From assembly GCA_963812945.1 (NCBI GenBank), contig CAWEXD010000008.1:376586-440585 (forward strand): DNA of 64,000 nucleotides, read 5' to 3'. Positions 1 through 20,570 of this stretch are shown here, piece after piece; position 1 is the first letter of the stretch; the number at the start of each line of letters is the position of its first letter. The notes under the pieces are model-generated. The model was not told the DNA's origin and did not search any database. It saw only the letters and a program-made list of their open reading frames with translations. The stretch is from an uncultured Candidatus Rokubacteria bacterium (lineage in GTDB: Bacteria > Methylomirabilota > Methylomirabilia > Rokubacteriales > DASRDR01). The position numbers were made by a program, and so were the translations under genes.

Positions 1-552
1 CGCGTCTCGCACCCAGGGATACGGCGCCAGGTGGTGGCGCCAGGCCGCCTCGTCCGCCGCATCGGAGTCGTGGCCGCGCGGCGGGCCCATCTGGTTCAGG
101 AGCAGCACGACGGGCTTCCCGGTCCAGCCGAGAATCTGCATCTCGGCCTCGACGTAGCCCGCGGACGCCGGGGCTTCGGCGGCGTTGACCAGATAGAGGA
201 CCACGTCGCTCTCGTCCTTGACGTTGCGGACCGCCTGCTGGCTGCTGTAGAAGGGGCGATCGGTCAGGCGGTCCCACACCTGCGTGAGCAGCCACCCGAT
301 CGGGTTGTTGCTCATGCGAAGACGCTTGCCGAGACGCGCGCTGTCGCCGAATCCCGGCGTGTCCCAGAGACGCAGTACGTCGCCGCCGGGGGTGTCGATC
401 AGCACGTGGCCCTCGGCGGTCTCGGTGACGTGCGCCTCGTCGCGCACCTCGCCGACGTCCCGCCGCAGGAGGGTCCGTGCGAGCGTCGTCTTGCCGACAT
501 TGGTATGGGACACGAGGCTCAGATTCACGATGGCCGGAGGCCCCGCGGACAT
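1..552 (-). CDS. GTPase, DUF3482-type (MMR_HSR1-like G domain); 3' end runs off the window
   Basis: Reverse translation from ATG at 552 gives MSAGPPAIVNLSLVSHTNVGKTTLARTLLRRDVGEV...LWDTPGFGDS. G1 (NVGKTT) and G3 (DTPG) are visible. The start lies 5 nt after the stop of the upstream DUF2868 gene. It is absent from the ORF track because there is no stop codon inside the window. Confidence 0.75.
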   Translation of the reverse strand, partial: MSAGPPAIVNLSLVSHTNVGKTTLARTLLRRDVGEVRDEAHVTETAEGHVLIDTPGGDVLRLWDTPGFGDSARLGKRLRMSNNPIGWLLTQVWDRLTDRPFYSSQQAVRNVKDESDVVLYLVNAAEAPASAGYVEAEMQILGWTGKPVVLLLNQMGPPRGHDSDAADEAAWRHHLAPYPWVRDA

Positions 553-557
553 GGCGA

Positions 558-2114
558 TCACGCCGGTGCGGGCTGCCACAGCGCCGCGTGCAGGCGCTCC
601 ACGGCACCCCCCTCGGCCGCCGCCTGCTCCGCGCCGAGATCGAGGACACACGCCAGGAGGCCGCGTGCCGTCACGAAGGCCTCCCAGGCCGCGCGCCGCG
701 CCACGAGCCTCTCTGCGAAGCCCGCCTGCCCGCCCATCCGCTCCGCGTAGGGACGCTCGTCCACCAGGACGAGCAGCTGGGCATGGCGATGCGAACCCGC
801 GAGCCAGTCGCGCACTCCGGCAATCACGATGCCGTGACTCTGGTCTTCCGGCGTGGCGGCGAGGCTGAACAGGAGCGCAATGACGTCGGCGACGGCACCG
901 CCGCGATCGGGCAGATGCTGGAGGAAGTCGTCCTCTTCGCCGTAGCGGACCTGCGCGCGCATGTCGACCGCCATGGCCTCGCCCAGGGCGGCCGGCATCA
1001 GGCGCCTGAGCGCCGAGGATGTGGCCGCCGAGGGCTCGTAGGCGTAGGGCATGACCGCCACGATGCCTCGGCCGACCACGCCCGCCGCCGCGCCGAAGAC
1101 GCTGCGGAAGTAGGGCGCGAGCGAGGGAGGCATCGGGACGCTGAACGCGCGGCGCCACACGACGAGGGTGGTCCCGAGGACCAGCGCGAGCCGCGGCAGG
1201 ACGACGAACAGGAAGGCGGTGGTGGCCAGCAGGTGGATCCATGACGCCGCGTTGCGGGGGCCCTGGCCATCGGGCCAGCGTATCGCCGCCAGCTGCTGAG
1301 CGTCGGGGATCGGGATGCCGGTCAGGAGCGATGCCGGGCCGTACGCGACGCGCAGAAGGGCGTGTACTTGCTGCGCGGCGAGGAAGGTGCTCTCCCAGCC
1401 CGCCTCGTAGTCGAGCACGAGGCCGCGCAGGTAGAGGCCCGCGATCAGGCCGAGCCCGGCTGCTGCGGCCGAGAGATGCAGGAGCCGAACGGCGCGCGCC
1501 ACGAGAACGGGCCGGACCGCCTCGTGCCACTCTCCCGCGAAGCGGCCGAGCGCGCCGGCGAGCGGCGCGTTGAAGGCGGCGGACCTCGCGATCAGGCGCC
1601 GGACTCGGGCCAGCCCCGCCTGCGCGAGGAGCCGGGCGACGGGCGAGTGGCCGGCCGTGCGGCGAGCGAGCGACCGGATTCGGCGGACGAGCACGGACAG
1701 GTACACGAGCAGGCTCCACAGCACCAGGCCGAGGAGCGGGAAGGCGAGCACGTTGATGCGACGGCTGCCGTCCAGCGCGGAGAGCGAGAAGCCGGTGACG
1801 AGGCTCAGCCCGAGCAGCAGGGCGCCCAGCCACCAAGGCCCGCCGGCCAGCGTGAGCACCGAGTCCACCACGGGAACGCGAGCCGCCAGCCGAGTGTGCA
1901 GGAGCTGCGCGCGGGTGGCGAGGAGGCGCTGCGCTTCCGCCGACAGGGGCGCGGCCGGGCCTCGGGCTCCGGCGGCCGCGCTTTCCTCGCTCCGGCCCCG
2001 GGCGGCGTCCCGAGTGGCGGCCGCGCGATCCGCGGCCGGAAGCAGCGTGCCCTCTCGATCAGCCTCCTCGACGGCCTTGATGAGCAGGACGGAGCGGAGC
2101 GCTCGCTCCCGCAT
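558..2114 (-). CDS. DUF2868-family membrane protein (uncharacterised)
   Basis: 518-aa ORF with several hydrophobic helices (WWLGALLLGLSLVTGFSL, AFPLLGLVLWSLLVYLSVLV, AAAAGLGLIAGLYL, LLATTAFLFVVLPRLALVLG). Overall resemblance to DUF2868 is recalled from memory, and the family is typically paired with a DUF3482 GTPase, as here. Confidence 0.65.
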   Translation of the reverse strand: MRERALRSVLLIKAVEEADREGTLLPAADRAAATRDAARGRSEESAAAGARGPAAPLSAEAQRLLATRAQLLHTRLAARVPVVDSVLTLAGGPWWLGALLLGLSLVTGFSLSALDGSRRINVLAFPLLGLVLWSLLVYLSVLVRRIRSLARRTAGHSPVARLLAQAGLARVRRLIARSAAFNAPLAGALGRFAGEWHEAVRPVLVARAVRLLHLSAAAAGLGLIAGLYLRGLVLDYEAGWESTFLAAQQVHALLRVAYGPASLLTGIPIPDAQQLAAIRWPDGQGPRNAASWIHLLATTAFLFVVLPRLALVLGTTLVVWRRAFSVPMPPSLAPYFRSVFGAAAGVVGRGIVAVMPYAYEPSAATSSALRRLMPAALGEAMAVDMRAQVRYGEEDDFLQHLPDRGGAVADVIALLFSLAATPEDQSHGIVIAGVRDWLAGSHRHAQLLVLVDERPYAERMGGQAGFAERLVARRAAWEAFVTARGLLACVLDLGAEQAAAEGGAVERLHAALWQPAPA

Positions 2115-2141
2115 GGCGTGAAGGCGGCCTCCGGCGCGCCT

Positions 2142-3171
2142 TCAGGATCCCGCCACCGAGTAGATGTGCACCGGCTGACTCCGGGTCTTGAACTGGACGG
2201 GGCCGTGGGACTCGACGCGGAGACCGTCGCCGAGGCCGCCCCGGGTGTTCTCGTCGATGAGGATCGGCTGGCCGACGACCTTGGTGTGCGCTTCCAGGTG
2301 CGCGGCGAGGTTCACCGTGTCGCCCACGCAGGTGTACGTCACGCGCCGCTCGGTCCCCGTGAACCCGGCGACCAGCGACCCGGACGCGATCCCGATCCCG
2401 ATCCGGATCTCGACCCCGCCGCGGGCTGCCTGGTCCCGGTTGAAGCCGGCCACCAGGTCCAGCATGTCGAGCGCCGCCCGCACCGCGCGCTCGCGATGGT
2501 CCGCGCGGGGGAGGGGGGCGCCGAAGATCGCCATCAGCCCGTCTCCGAGGATCTGGTTGACGATCCCGCCCTGGCCCCCGATGGCGTCGAACATGAGCGT
2601 GTAGTAGCTGTTCAGGAGCTCGATCGTCCCCTCGGGTGACAGGACCTCGGCGATGCGGGTGGACCCCCGGATGTCGGAGAACATCACGCTGGCGTCGACG
2701 CTCTTGCCCCCCAGTGCCAGGCCGGTCGTCAGGAGCTCCTCCGCGACCTCGGCGGTGGCGAACTTCCGGAACAGCTCGCGCTGCCGGTCCCGGAGCCGCT
2801 TCTTCTCCAGGCTGGCGCCGACCCGGGCGCGGAGCAGCACCGGGTTCACCGGCTTGAAGAGGTAGTCCTCGGCGCCCATCTCGATGCACCGGGCGACCGA
2901 GTCCACCTCCTCCACCGAGGACATCATCACCACCGGGATGTCGCGGAGGCGGGGGTCGGCCGTGAGGGCCTCCAGCGCCTGGTAGCCGTCCATCTCGGGC
3001 ATCTCGATGTCGAGCAGCACGAGGTCCACCCGGCGCTGCCGGAGCGCCTCCAGACCCTCGCGCCCGTTCTCGGCGAACGTGACCGTGTGGCCGAGCTGCT
3101 CGAGCGCGCGCCCGAGGAGCAGACGGTTGACCCGGTTGTCGTCGACGACCAGGATGTCGCCGGTCTGGGCG

Positions 3172-3188
<17 letters not shown>
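2142..3188 (-). CDS. Response regulator receiver fused to a class III nucleotidyl cyclase domain
   Basis: 348 aa. The receiver is intact (VVDDN acidic pocket, LVLLD60, FKP Lys112). The cyclase domain shows VMFSDIRGST, LGDGLMAIFGAP and GDTVNLAAHLE. Its start overlaps the stop of the upstream kinase by 17 nt. Confidence 0.9.
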
Positions 3189-11901
<8,713 letters not shown>

Positions 11902-11928
11902 GGGGCGTGCTTCCGAAGCCCGCGCGGC

Positions 11929-11958
11929 ATGCTATCAGGGCAGGCTTCAGGGGGTCAA
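11929..11958 (-). promoter_or_regulatory. Candidate sigma70-type promoter for the kinase operon (TTGACC-N18-TAGCAT)
   Basis: On the minus strand, TTGACC sits at 11958-11953 and TAGCAT at 11934-11929, about 27 nt upstream of the kinase ATG (11901). Motif match only. Confidence 0.35.
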
Positions 11959-11966
11959 GGCGGGCG

Positions 11967-11993
11967 GACATCCTCTCTGGGCGACATCCTCTC
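11967..11993 (+). promoter_or_regulatory. 11-bp direct repeat GACATCCTCTC x2 (possible regulator site)
   Basis: Copies at 11967-11977 and 11983-11993, 16 bp centre to centre. They sit between the two divergent promoters and abut the -35 of the plus-strand promoter. Confidence 0.35.
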
Positions 11994-12020
11994 GACACTG
12001 CTCGTGGAAAGGCCGATAAT
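11992..12020 (+). promoter_or_regulatory. Candidate sigma70-type promoter (TCGACA-N17-GATAAT) for the TRAP binding-protein gene
   Basis: TCGACA at 11992-11997, a 17-nt spacer, then GATAAT at 12015-12020. It lies about 77 nt upstream of the ATG at 12097. Confidence 0.4.
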
Positions 12021-12063
12021 CGCACGACCGCCACGTCCGTTCCGTCGACGGTAGCCGTCCTAG

Positions 12064-13728
<1,665 letters not shown>

Positions 13729-13934
13729 GAGCCGTCCTCACGGTCACCGGGGAGTCCCGAGAGCCGCCCTGGATGGCCGGTAGTCCCTCGCGGTCCTGGG
13801 TCACGAGCCAGGCGGACGGCGTCCGGTCCTGTCGGCGAACGAGAGTCGCGTGCCGTGCGGATCGGGACCCCAGGGAATGTGTTCGGAGATTGCCCCTCCG
13901 TCGGGACGAGCCGCGCCACGATACAATCGCAGCT

Positions 13935-15107
13935 GTGAGGGGGAGGAGCCGGGTCGCTCCGAGGGCTCGCGCGCTCAGTGTGGGAGCTCTGGCAGTGGGG
14001 CTGCTGCTCGCCGTCTGGCTGCCCGGGTCCACGCCGGCGGTCGAGCCGCGTGAGCTCCGGTCGGAGCGGCATGCCTTCCGGGTCGTCGTGCAGGTCGAGG
14101 GGCTCGAGCATCCCTGGGGGCTCGCGTTCCTGCCGGACGGCCGCTTGCTCGTCACCGAGCGGCCCGGGCGGCTTCGCCTCGTCACCGATGGTCGGCTCGA
14201 CCCGCGGCCGGTGGGGGGACTGCCCCAGGTCGCGGCCCACGGACAGGGCGGGCTCCTGGACGTCGCCCTCCACCCGCGGTACGCCGAAACCGGCTGGATC
14301 TACCTTTCCTACGCCGGTCCCGGAGAGGGCGGCGCCGGGACCGAGGTCCTGCGCGGCCGGCTCCGCGACGGGCAACTCGTCGATGTCCAGGTGATCTTCC
14401 GCCTCCAGCCGAAGTCCGGCTCCACCCAGCACTTCGGCTCGCGCCTGGTCTTCGACCGCGCCGGGTTGCTCTACGTGACCCTGGGGGACCGCGGCGAGCG
14501 TCACCAGGCTCAGCGCCTGGACGATCATCGCGGCAAGATCCTGCGGATCCACGACGACGGCCGGGTGCCGGCCGACAACCCGTTCCGGGACCGGCCCGGC
14601 GCGCGGCCGGAGATCTTCTCGTTCGGGAACCGGAACGTGCAGGGGGCGGCGCTCCATCCGGCGACCGGCGCCCTGTGGGCCCACGAGCACGGCCCCCAGG
14701 GCGGGGACGAGGTGAACGTGATCCGCGCGGGTCAGAACTACGGCTGGCCCGTGATCACCTCCGGGAGAGAGTACGGCACCGGCTTCCGGATCGGGGAGGG
14801 GACCAGCCGGCCGGACGTGGCCGCGCCGCTGCACGTCTGGGTGCCGTCGATCGCGCCGTCCGGGATGGCGTTCTACGACGGGGAGCGGTTCCCGCGCTGG
14901 CGCGGGAACGCCTTCGTCGGGGCCCTCGTCGACCGGTCCCTGGTCCGGCTCGAGCTGGACGGTGAGCGCGTCGTCCGCGAGGAGCGCCTGCTCCAGGGCG
15001 TGCTCGGACGCATCCGCGACGTGCGGTCCGGCCCGGACGGCTACCTCTACGTCCTGACCGACGAGAGCAAAGGAGTCCTGGCGCGGCTGGAACCGGTCCA
15101 GCCGTAG
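13935..15107 (+). CDS. PQQ-dependent soluble sugar (glucose/sorbosone) dehydrogenase, YliI-like
   Basis: Motifs HPWGLAFLPDGRLLVTERPGRLRLV, GQGGLLDVALHP, GKILRIHDDGRVPADNPF, FGNRNVQG and GGDEVNVIRAGQNYGWP. Start chosen at GTG 13935, which precedes the signal peptide and has TACAAT 7 nt upstream. The track ORF starts at 13773. Confidence 0.85.
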   Translation: MRGRSRVAPRARALSVGALAVGLLLAVWLPGSTPAVEPRELRSERHAFRVVVQVEGLEHPWGLAFLPDGRLLVTERPGRLRLVTDGRLDPRPVGGLPQVAAHGQGGLLDVALHPRYAETGWIYLSYAGPGEGGAGTEVLRGRLRDGQLVDVQVIFRLQPKSGSTQHFGSRLVFDRAGLLYVTLGDRGERHQAQRLDDHRGKILRIHDDGRVPADNPFRDRPGARPEIFSFGNRNVQGAALHPATGALWAHEHGPQGGDEVNVIRAGQNYGWPVITSGREYGTGFRIGEGTSRPDVAAPLHVWVPSIAPSGMAFYDGERFPRWRGNAFVGALVDRSLVRLELDGERVVREERLLQGVLGRIRDVRSGPDGYLYVLTDESKGVLARLEPVQP

Positions 15108-15147
15108 CCCTCACAGGGCCGGGAACGGCCCGGCGCGTCGCTTGCGG

Positions 15148-15153
15148 TAGAAT
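15148..15153 (+). promoter_or_regulatory. -10-like hexamer TAGAAT 9 nt upstream of the purN ATG
   Basis: ggTAGAATgggcgcgcgATG. No Shine-Dalgarno sequence lies in between. Confidence 0.35.
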
Positions 15154-15162
15154 GGGCGCGCG

Positions 15163-15786
15163 ATGCGATCTGAGCCCCTCGTCCTCGGCATCCTCGCCTC
15201 GGGTCGGGGGTCGAATCTCCAGGCCATCCTCGATGCGATCGCTGCCGGGCGCTGCCCGGCGCGCGTCGCCGTCGTCGTCAGCGACCGGAAGGACGCGCCA
15301 GCGCTCGACCGTGCCCGCCGCGCGGGGATCCGGGCCGCGCATCTCGATCCCCACGCCTTCCCGGACCGGGTCACCTTCGACGGGGCGGTTGCGGCCGTCC
15401 TCGACGAGCACGGTGTCGAGCTCGTATGCCTCGCCGGGTACATGCGGGTCTTGTCGCCGGAGGTCGTTCGCCGCTACCGGGCGCGGATCCTGAACGTCCA
15501 CCCGGCCTTGTTGCCCGCGTTCCCCGGGCTCCACGCCCAGCGCCAGGCGCTCGAGCGCGGTGTCAGGGTGGCGGGCGCGACCGTTCACGTGGTCGACGAG
15601 GGCGTGGACACGGGCCCGATCGTGCTGCAGGGGGCGGTTCCCGTGCTGGACGGTGATACGGAGGAGACGCTCTCCGCGCGGATCCTCGTCGAGGAGCACC
15701 GGCTCTACCCGGAGGCGATCCGCCTTTTCGCCGAGGGCCGAGTGGAGGTGACCGGGCGCCGCGTGCGAGTGCGTGGGGAGCCGTGA
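15163..15786 (+). CDS. purN: Phosphoribosylglycinamide formyltransferase
   Basis: 207 aa: LGILASGRGSNLQAILDAI...NVHPALLPAFPG...ATVHVVDEGVDTGPI. Confidence 0.92.
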   Translation: MRSEPLVLGILASGRGSNLQAILDAIAAGRCPARVAVVVSDRKDAPALDRARRAGIRAAHLDPHAFPDRVTFDGAVAAVLDEHGVELVCLAGYMRVLSPEVVRRYRARILNVHPALLPAFPGLHAQRQALERGVRVAGATVHVVDEGVDTGPIVLQGAVPVLDGDTEETLSARILVEEHRLYPEAIRLFAEGRVEVTGRRVRVRGEP

Positions 15787-15801
15787 GCTGGATCGGTCCG
15801 C

Positions 15802-17418
15802 GTGCGGAACTCGGGTAGCCCGGTGAGCGAGGTTCGCCGAGCCCTCCTCTCTGTCTCCGACAAGACCGGGCTGATCGACTTCGCGCGCGGCCTGGCCGGC
15901 CTGGGCGTCGAGCTCCTGTCCACCGGAGGGACGGCCAAGGCACTCGCGGCCGCCGGGCTCACCGTTCGTGAGGTGGCCGACGTGACGGGATTCCCCGAGA
16001 TGCTCGACGGTCGCGTGAAGACCCTTCACCCGGCGATCCACGGCGGCATCCTCGCCCGCCGAGACCTCCCGGCACACGAGGAGGCCCTCCAGCGACACGG
16101 GATCGGTCAGATCGACCTGGTTGCCGTGAACCTCTACCCGTTCGAGAAGACGGTCGCGCAGGCCGGCGTGCCCTTCGAGGACGCCGTCGAGCAAATCGAT
16201 GTCGGCGGCCCCGCCATGATCCGCGCGGCCGCGAAGAACCACGCGGGTGTCGTGGTCCTGATCGATCCGGCTCAGTACGAGTCCGTCCTGGAGGAGCTGC
16301 GCCGGTCGGGCGGGACCGTGTCGGCGGGCACGAGGCAGCGGCTGGCGCTCGAGGCGTTTCGCCGGACGGCCCAGTATGACGCGGCCATCGCCGCCTGGCT
16401 GCGGGCGCCCGCGCCGCTGGCGACCCCGGCCACCGCCGACCCGGTGCGCTTTCCGCCGGTGATCCGCCTGGAGGCCGAGCGCGTCGCGGCGCTCCGCTAC
16501 GGCGAGAACCCGCACCAGCAGGCCGCGTTCTACCGGCCGCTGGGCGCGACGCTGGCGGGTGGCGGCCTCGGCGCGCTCCGCCGGCTCCACGGGCCCGAGC
16601 TCTCGTACAACAACCTCCTGGACCTGGCCGGGGGGCTGGGACTCCTCCTCGAGTTCTCCGAGCCCGCGGCCGTCGTCGTCAAGCACACGAACCCCTGCGG
16701 CGCCGCCGTCGGTCCCGACGTCGTGGCGGCCTTCGAGCGCGCCCGAGCGTCCGATCCCGTCTCCATCTATGGGGGGATCGTGGGCGTCAACCGGCCCGTG
16801 GACCGGCGCCTGGTCGACACCCTGGCCGGGATCCTGCTCGAGATCCTCTTCGCGCCGTCGTTCGAGCCGGATGCCCTCGACGAGCTCAGGCGCACCAAGA
16901 AGAAGCTGCGCGTGCTCGAGGTTTCCCTGGGGCGGCCTCCGGCCGGTCCGCCCGTCCTCGAGGTTCGGAGCGTGCCCGGCGGGATCCTGATCCAGGAGGC
17001 GGACCTGGTCGCCCTCGATCCGGTCACGCTTCACGTGGCCAGCCGGCGCCAGCCGACACCCGCCGAGTGGCGCGCCCTTCGCTTCGCCTGGAAGGTGGCC
17101 AAGCACGTGAAGTCCAATGCCATCGTGCTGGCCACCGAGGACCAGGTGCTGGGTGTCGGGGCGGGACAGATGAGCCGGGTCGACGCGGCGCGGCTCGCGG
17201 TGATGCGAGGCCGCGAGCACGGTCACAAGCTGGCCGGCGCCGCGGTCGCGTCGGACGCCTTCTTTCCGTTTCGCGACGGGCTCGACGTCGTCGCCGAGGC
17301 CGGCGCCACCGCCGCCATCCATCCGGGCGGCTCGATCCGGGACGAGGAGATCGTGGCGGCCGCCAACGAGCACGGCATGGCGATGGTCACGACCGGGATT
17401 CGCCACTTCAAGCATTGA
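15802..17418 (+). CDS. purH: Bifunctional AICAR transformylase / IMP cyclohydrolase
   Basis: 538 aa: [19 protein letters not shown]...[13 protein letters not shown]...GGSIRDEE...TGIRHFKH. The start (GTG 15802 or GTG 15823) is uncertain. Confidence 0.93.
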   Translation: MRNSGSPVSEVRRALLSVSDKTGLIDFARGLAGLGVELLSTGGTAKALAAAGLTVREVADVTGFPEMLDGRVKTLHPAIHGGILARRDLPAHEEALQRHGIGQIDLVAVNLYPFEKTVAQAGVPFEDAVEQIDVGGPAMIRAAAKNHAGVVVLIDPAQYESVLEELRRSGGTVSAGTRQRLALEAFRRTAQYDAAIAAWLRAPAPLATPATADPVRFPPVIRLEAERVAALRYGENPHQQAAFYRPLGATLAGGGLGALRRLHGPELSYNNLLDLAGGLGLLLEFSEPAAVVVKHTNPCGAAVGPDVVAAFERARASDPVSIYGGIVGVNRPVDRRLVDTLAGILLEILFAPSFEPDALDELRRTKKKLRVLEVSLGRPPAGPPVLEVRSVPGGILIQEADLVALDPVTLHVASRRQPTPAEWRALRFAWKVAKHVKSNAIVLATEDQVLGVGAGQMSRVDAARLAVMRGREHGHKLAGAAVASDAFFPFRDGLDVVAEAGATAAIHPGGSIRDEEIVAAANEHGMAMVTTGIRHFKH

Positions 17419-18323
17419 CCGCGCCCGCGCCCGGCTGGGTCCTTACGGAGCGGGACGTGGTCCGGCTCCTGGCCCTGACGCCCCGCCGCACCGATCAGCT
17501 CCGGCGGCTCGAGCTCCTCCACGCGTCCGACCGGCCCGACCAGTACAGCTTTCGGGACCTGGTGGCGCTGCGGGTCGCGCGGACGCTCCTCGACCAGGGC
17601 GTGACGGTCCGCCGGATCCGCCGGGCGCTCGACTCGCTTCGCCGGCTGGATCCGGCGTCGGAGGTTCCGCTCGCCGAGCTGCGAGTCACCGTCCGCGACG
17701 GCGAGATCTTCATCGAGCGCGACGCCCGGCTGCTCGAGCCGTCCGGTCAGATCGTGATGGAGTTCTCCGAGAAGGGGCTCGCGGAGGACGCCCGCGATAC
17801 CGTGCTCCGCGGCCTGGTGCGGCCGCTCGCGCGGCCGGGCGGCGAGGCGGAGCGCTGGTTCGAACTCGCGTCCGAGCTGGACGGCGACCCGGCCCAGTGG
17901 GCGCAGGCGGTGGACGCGTACCAGCGCGTGACCACGCTGGCCCCGGACCACGGCGCGGCCTGGAACAACCTGGGCCTCCTCCAGCACCGGATGGGCCGGT
18001 ACGAGGACGCGCGGCGACACTACGAGGTGGCCCTCGTCGCGGATCCCACGCTGGCCGAGGCGGCCTACAACCTGGGATCGCTTCACGACGACCTCGGCGA
18101 CCCGACGCAGGCCACGCTCTGGTACCGCCGCGCGCTCGAGATCCGCCCCGACTACGCCGACGCGCACTTCAACCTCGCGTCCGCGCTCGAGCGGGCCGGG
18201 GACGCCCGGGCGGCGCGGCGGCACTGGACGCGCTACCTCGAGCTGGACCCGGACAGCCGCTGGGCCGAGATCGCGCGGGGGTGGGTGAGCGGGGAGGCGG
18301 GGAGCGCGGGGACGCCCGAATGA
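17415..18323 (+). CDS. MerR-type HTH protein fused to TPR repeats
   Basis: In-frame TTG at 17415 overlaps the purH stop (aTTGa). The N-terminus [26 protein letters not shown]...[26 protein letters not shown] is MerR-like. The C-terminus carries TPR-like repeats ([53 protein letters not shown]). Confidence 0.7.
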   Translation: MTAPAPGWVLTERDVVRLLALTPRRTDQLRRLELLHASDRPDQYSFRDLVALRVARTLLDQGVTVRRIRRALDSLRRLDPASEVPLAELRVTVRDGEIFIERDARLLEPSGQIVMEFSEKGLAEDARDTVLRGLVRPLARPGGEAERWFELASELDGDPAQWAQAVDAYQRVTTLAPDHGAAWNNLGLLQHRMGRYEDARRHYEVALVADPTLAEAAYNLGSLHDDLGDPTQATLWYRRALEIRPDYADAHFNLASALERAGDARAARRHWTRYLELDPDSRWAEIARGWVSGEAGSAGTPE

Positions 18324-18363
18324 CCGGAGCGGCGCACGGCCGTCCGGGTCGCGCAGAAGCCGG

Positions 18364-19668
18364 ATGGCCGGCCTGAGGGTCCTCGTCGTCGGCGGCGGCG
18401 GCCGCGAGCACGCCCTCGCCTGGAAGCTCGCTCAGAGCCCGAGGCTCGGGACGCTCTACGCGGTGCCGGGCAACCCCGGCATCGCGCGCGTCGCCCAGTG
18501 CGTGCCCGTCCGGGCCGACGACATCGCGGCGGTCGCCGATCTCGCCGATCGGGAGCGCATCGATCTGACGGTGGTTGGCCCGGAAACGCCGCTCGCCCTC
18601 GGCCTGGCCGATCTCCTCGAGGCCCGCGGCCGCCCGATCTTCGGCCCGTCGGGCGCCGCGGCCGCGCTGGAGAGCTCGAAGGTCTTCGCCAAGGAGCTCT
18701 TCGCGCGGCACGGGATCCCGAGCGCGCGCTTCGGGACCTTCGACGACCCGGGCGCGGCCCGGGCGTTCGTCAGGGAGCTGGGGGACCGGGCGGTGGTCAA
18801 GGCTGACGGTCTCGCCGCCGGCAAGGGGGCGGTCGTCTGCGCGGATACGGCGGAGGCCGATCGCGCCATCGGGGACATGCTCGAGCGCCGGGTCTTCGGC
18901 GAGGCGGGCGCGCGCGTCGTCGTCGAGGAGTTCCTCGAGGGCGAGGAGGTCTCGGTCTTCGCGTTGACCGACGGGCGCACGGTGTGTCCGCTCGCCTCGG
19001 CCCAGGACCACAAGGCCGTCTTCGACGGGGACCGAGGCCCGAACACCGGTGGTATGGGAGCCTACTCGCCGGCCCCCGTGCTCGACGCGGCGCTCGCCGG
19101 CGAGGTCGTCCGGACCGTGCTCGAGCCCACGATCCGCGCGATGGCCGCGGAGGGCCGCCCCTATCGCGGCGTCCTCTATGCCGGGCTCATGCTGACGGCG
19201 GCCGGCGTGCGGGTCCTCGAGTACAACGTGCGGTTCGGCGACCCGGAGTGCCAGGTCCTCATGCCCCGGCTGGTCGAGGATCTCCTGCCCCTCTGTCAGG
19301 CCGTCGCGGAGGGACGCGGGCTGCCGACATCGGTGACCTGGCGGCCGGAGGCCGCCGTGTGCGTCGTCCTCGCCTCCGGCGGGTATCCCGGGGAATACGC
19401 GACCGGCTTCCCCGTGGAGGGGCTCGATCGGGCCGAAGCCCACCCGGGTGTCACGGTCTTCCACGCCGGGACCGCGTCGCGCGACGGGCGCCTCCTGACC
19501 GCGGGCGGCCGCGTGCTCGGGGTGAGCGCGCTCGGCGCCGACATTCCCTCCGCCGTCGCCGCCGCCTACGCGGGTGCCGAGGAAATCCGCTTCGACGGCA
19601 TGCACTACCGCCGTGACATCGGCCGCCGCGCCCTCGAGCGCCTGGCCCATCGCGGCCGACCTGGATGA
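18364..19668 (+). CDS. purD: Phosphoribosylamine-glycine ligase
   Basis: 434 aa: [18 protein letters not shown]...[11 protein letters not shown]...YNVRFGDPE. Confidence 0.93.
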   Translation: MAGLRVLVVGGGGREHALAWKLAQSPRLGTLYAVPGNPGIARVAQCVPVRADDIAAVADLADRERIDLTVVGPETPLALGLADLLEARGRPIFGPSGAAAALESSKVFAKELFARHGIPSARFGTFDDPGAARAFVRELGDRAVVKADGLAAGKGAVVCADTAEADRAIGDMLERRVFGEAGARVVVEEFLEGEEVSVFALTDGRTVCPLASAQDHKAVFDGDRGPNTGGMGAYSPAPVLDAALAGEVVRTVLEPTIRAMAAEGRPYRGVLYAGLMLTAAGVRVLEYNVRFGDPECQVLMPRLVEDLLPLCQAVAEGRGLPTSVTWRPEAAVCVVLASGGYPGEYATGFPVEGLDRAEAHPGVTVFHAGTASRDGRLLTAGGRVLGVSALGADIPSAVAAAYAGAEEIRFDGMHYRRDIGRRALERLAHRGRPG

Positions 19669-20297
19669 GCGCGGCGCGGCTCGTCGTCGACGCGAGCCGG
19701 CCGGATCCGGCGGTGCTCGAGGCGGCCGCCCGTGTCCTGAAGGAGGGCCGGCTCGTCGCGTTCCCGACCGAGACCTTCTATGGTCTCGGCGCTCACGCGC
19801 TCGACGCGGCGGCAGTGGCCCGCATCTTCCGGGCGAAGGGCCGCCCCGGTGACAAGCCCCTCCTGGTGCTCGTCGGCTCCCTCGCGATGGTGGAACGGGT
19901 CGCGCGCGAGGTACCCGACCGGGCGCGCCGGCTGATGGCGAAGTACTGGCCTGGGCCGTTGACGCTCGTCCTGCCGTCACGCGCCGATCTCCCGGCGGCC
20001 CTGACGGCGGGCACCGGGACCATCGGGGTCCGCCTGTCCGGCCACCCGGTGGCCCGCGCTCTCGTCCAGGCCGTCGGCGCTCCGGTCACCGCGCCCAGCG
20101 CGAATCCCCACGCCGGTCCGGCCCCGCGCACTGCCGACGACGTCGTGGCCGCCCTCGGGTCCGGCGTCGACCTCGTCTTGGACGGCGGCCCTACACCGGG
20201 TGGCCCCCCGTCGACCGTCCTCGACCTCACGGCCGCGCGGCCGGTGCTCCTGCGCCCGGGAGCGGTCGTTCTGGCCCCGGAGGATCTGGATACCTGA
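19665..20297 (+). CDS. tsaC: L-threonylcarbamoyladenylate synthase (YrdC/Sua5 family)
   Basis: 210 aa: FPTETFYGLGAHALDAAAVARIFRAKGRPGDKPLLVLV...SANPHAGP. ATGA overlap with the purD stop. Confidence 0.85.
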   Translation: MSAARLVVDASRPDPAVLEAAARVLKEGRLVAFPTETFYGLGAHALDAAAVARIFRAKGRPGDKPLLVLVGSLAMVERVAREVPDRARRLMAKYWPGPLTLVLPSRADLPAALTAGTGTIGVRLSGHPVARALVQAVGAPVTAPSANPHAGPAPRTADDVVAALGSGVDLVLDGGPTPGGPPSTVLDLTAARPVLLRPGAVVLAPEDLDT

Positions 20298-20570
20298 AAC
20301 CTCGGTGGCGAGGCAGGGCGGGTGCTATCATGCGTGCGGTTCGACAGCACATTGCGGATACGTCGGGATCGGTCTCGCCGCACTGCCTGGTCGTCACGAG
20401 GACCCTGCGCCCTGCACATCGCTTGGCCTGCCCATGGCGGGTGACGTCGTTCCGGTAGACCTCGACACCCCCGAGGACTTCGCGCGCGCCCGCGCCCTCG
20501 GGGACCGGCGACCGGCCGGAGCCGGGCGGGCCTCGTCGGGCCCGGTCCCGGATGGAGACAAGGCGGGCGC

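Noticed and set aside
15116-15131. Short GC hairpins after gene ends (GGGCCG-GGAA-CGGCCC at 15116-15131; similar ones near 49136-49155 and 49772-49791) as intrinsic terminators
   Set aside because: The stems are only about 6 bp with no U-tract. Such hairpins arise easily in GC-rich DNA, so I did not list them as features.
14755-17415. 886-aa minus-strand ORF antisense to purN and purH
   Set aside because: The plus strand encodes textbook PurN and PurH. The antisense product has no motifs and a biased composition.
20305-20383. tRNA-like signal (GGTTCGA T-loop-like heptamer at 20338-20344 and partial long-range complementarity between 20305-20314 and 20374-20383)
   Set aside because: No proper acceptor stem, D-arm or anticodon arm can be drawn. 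The T-stem is imperfect and wrongly positioned relative to the 3' end.
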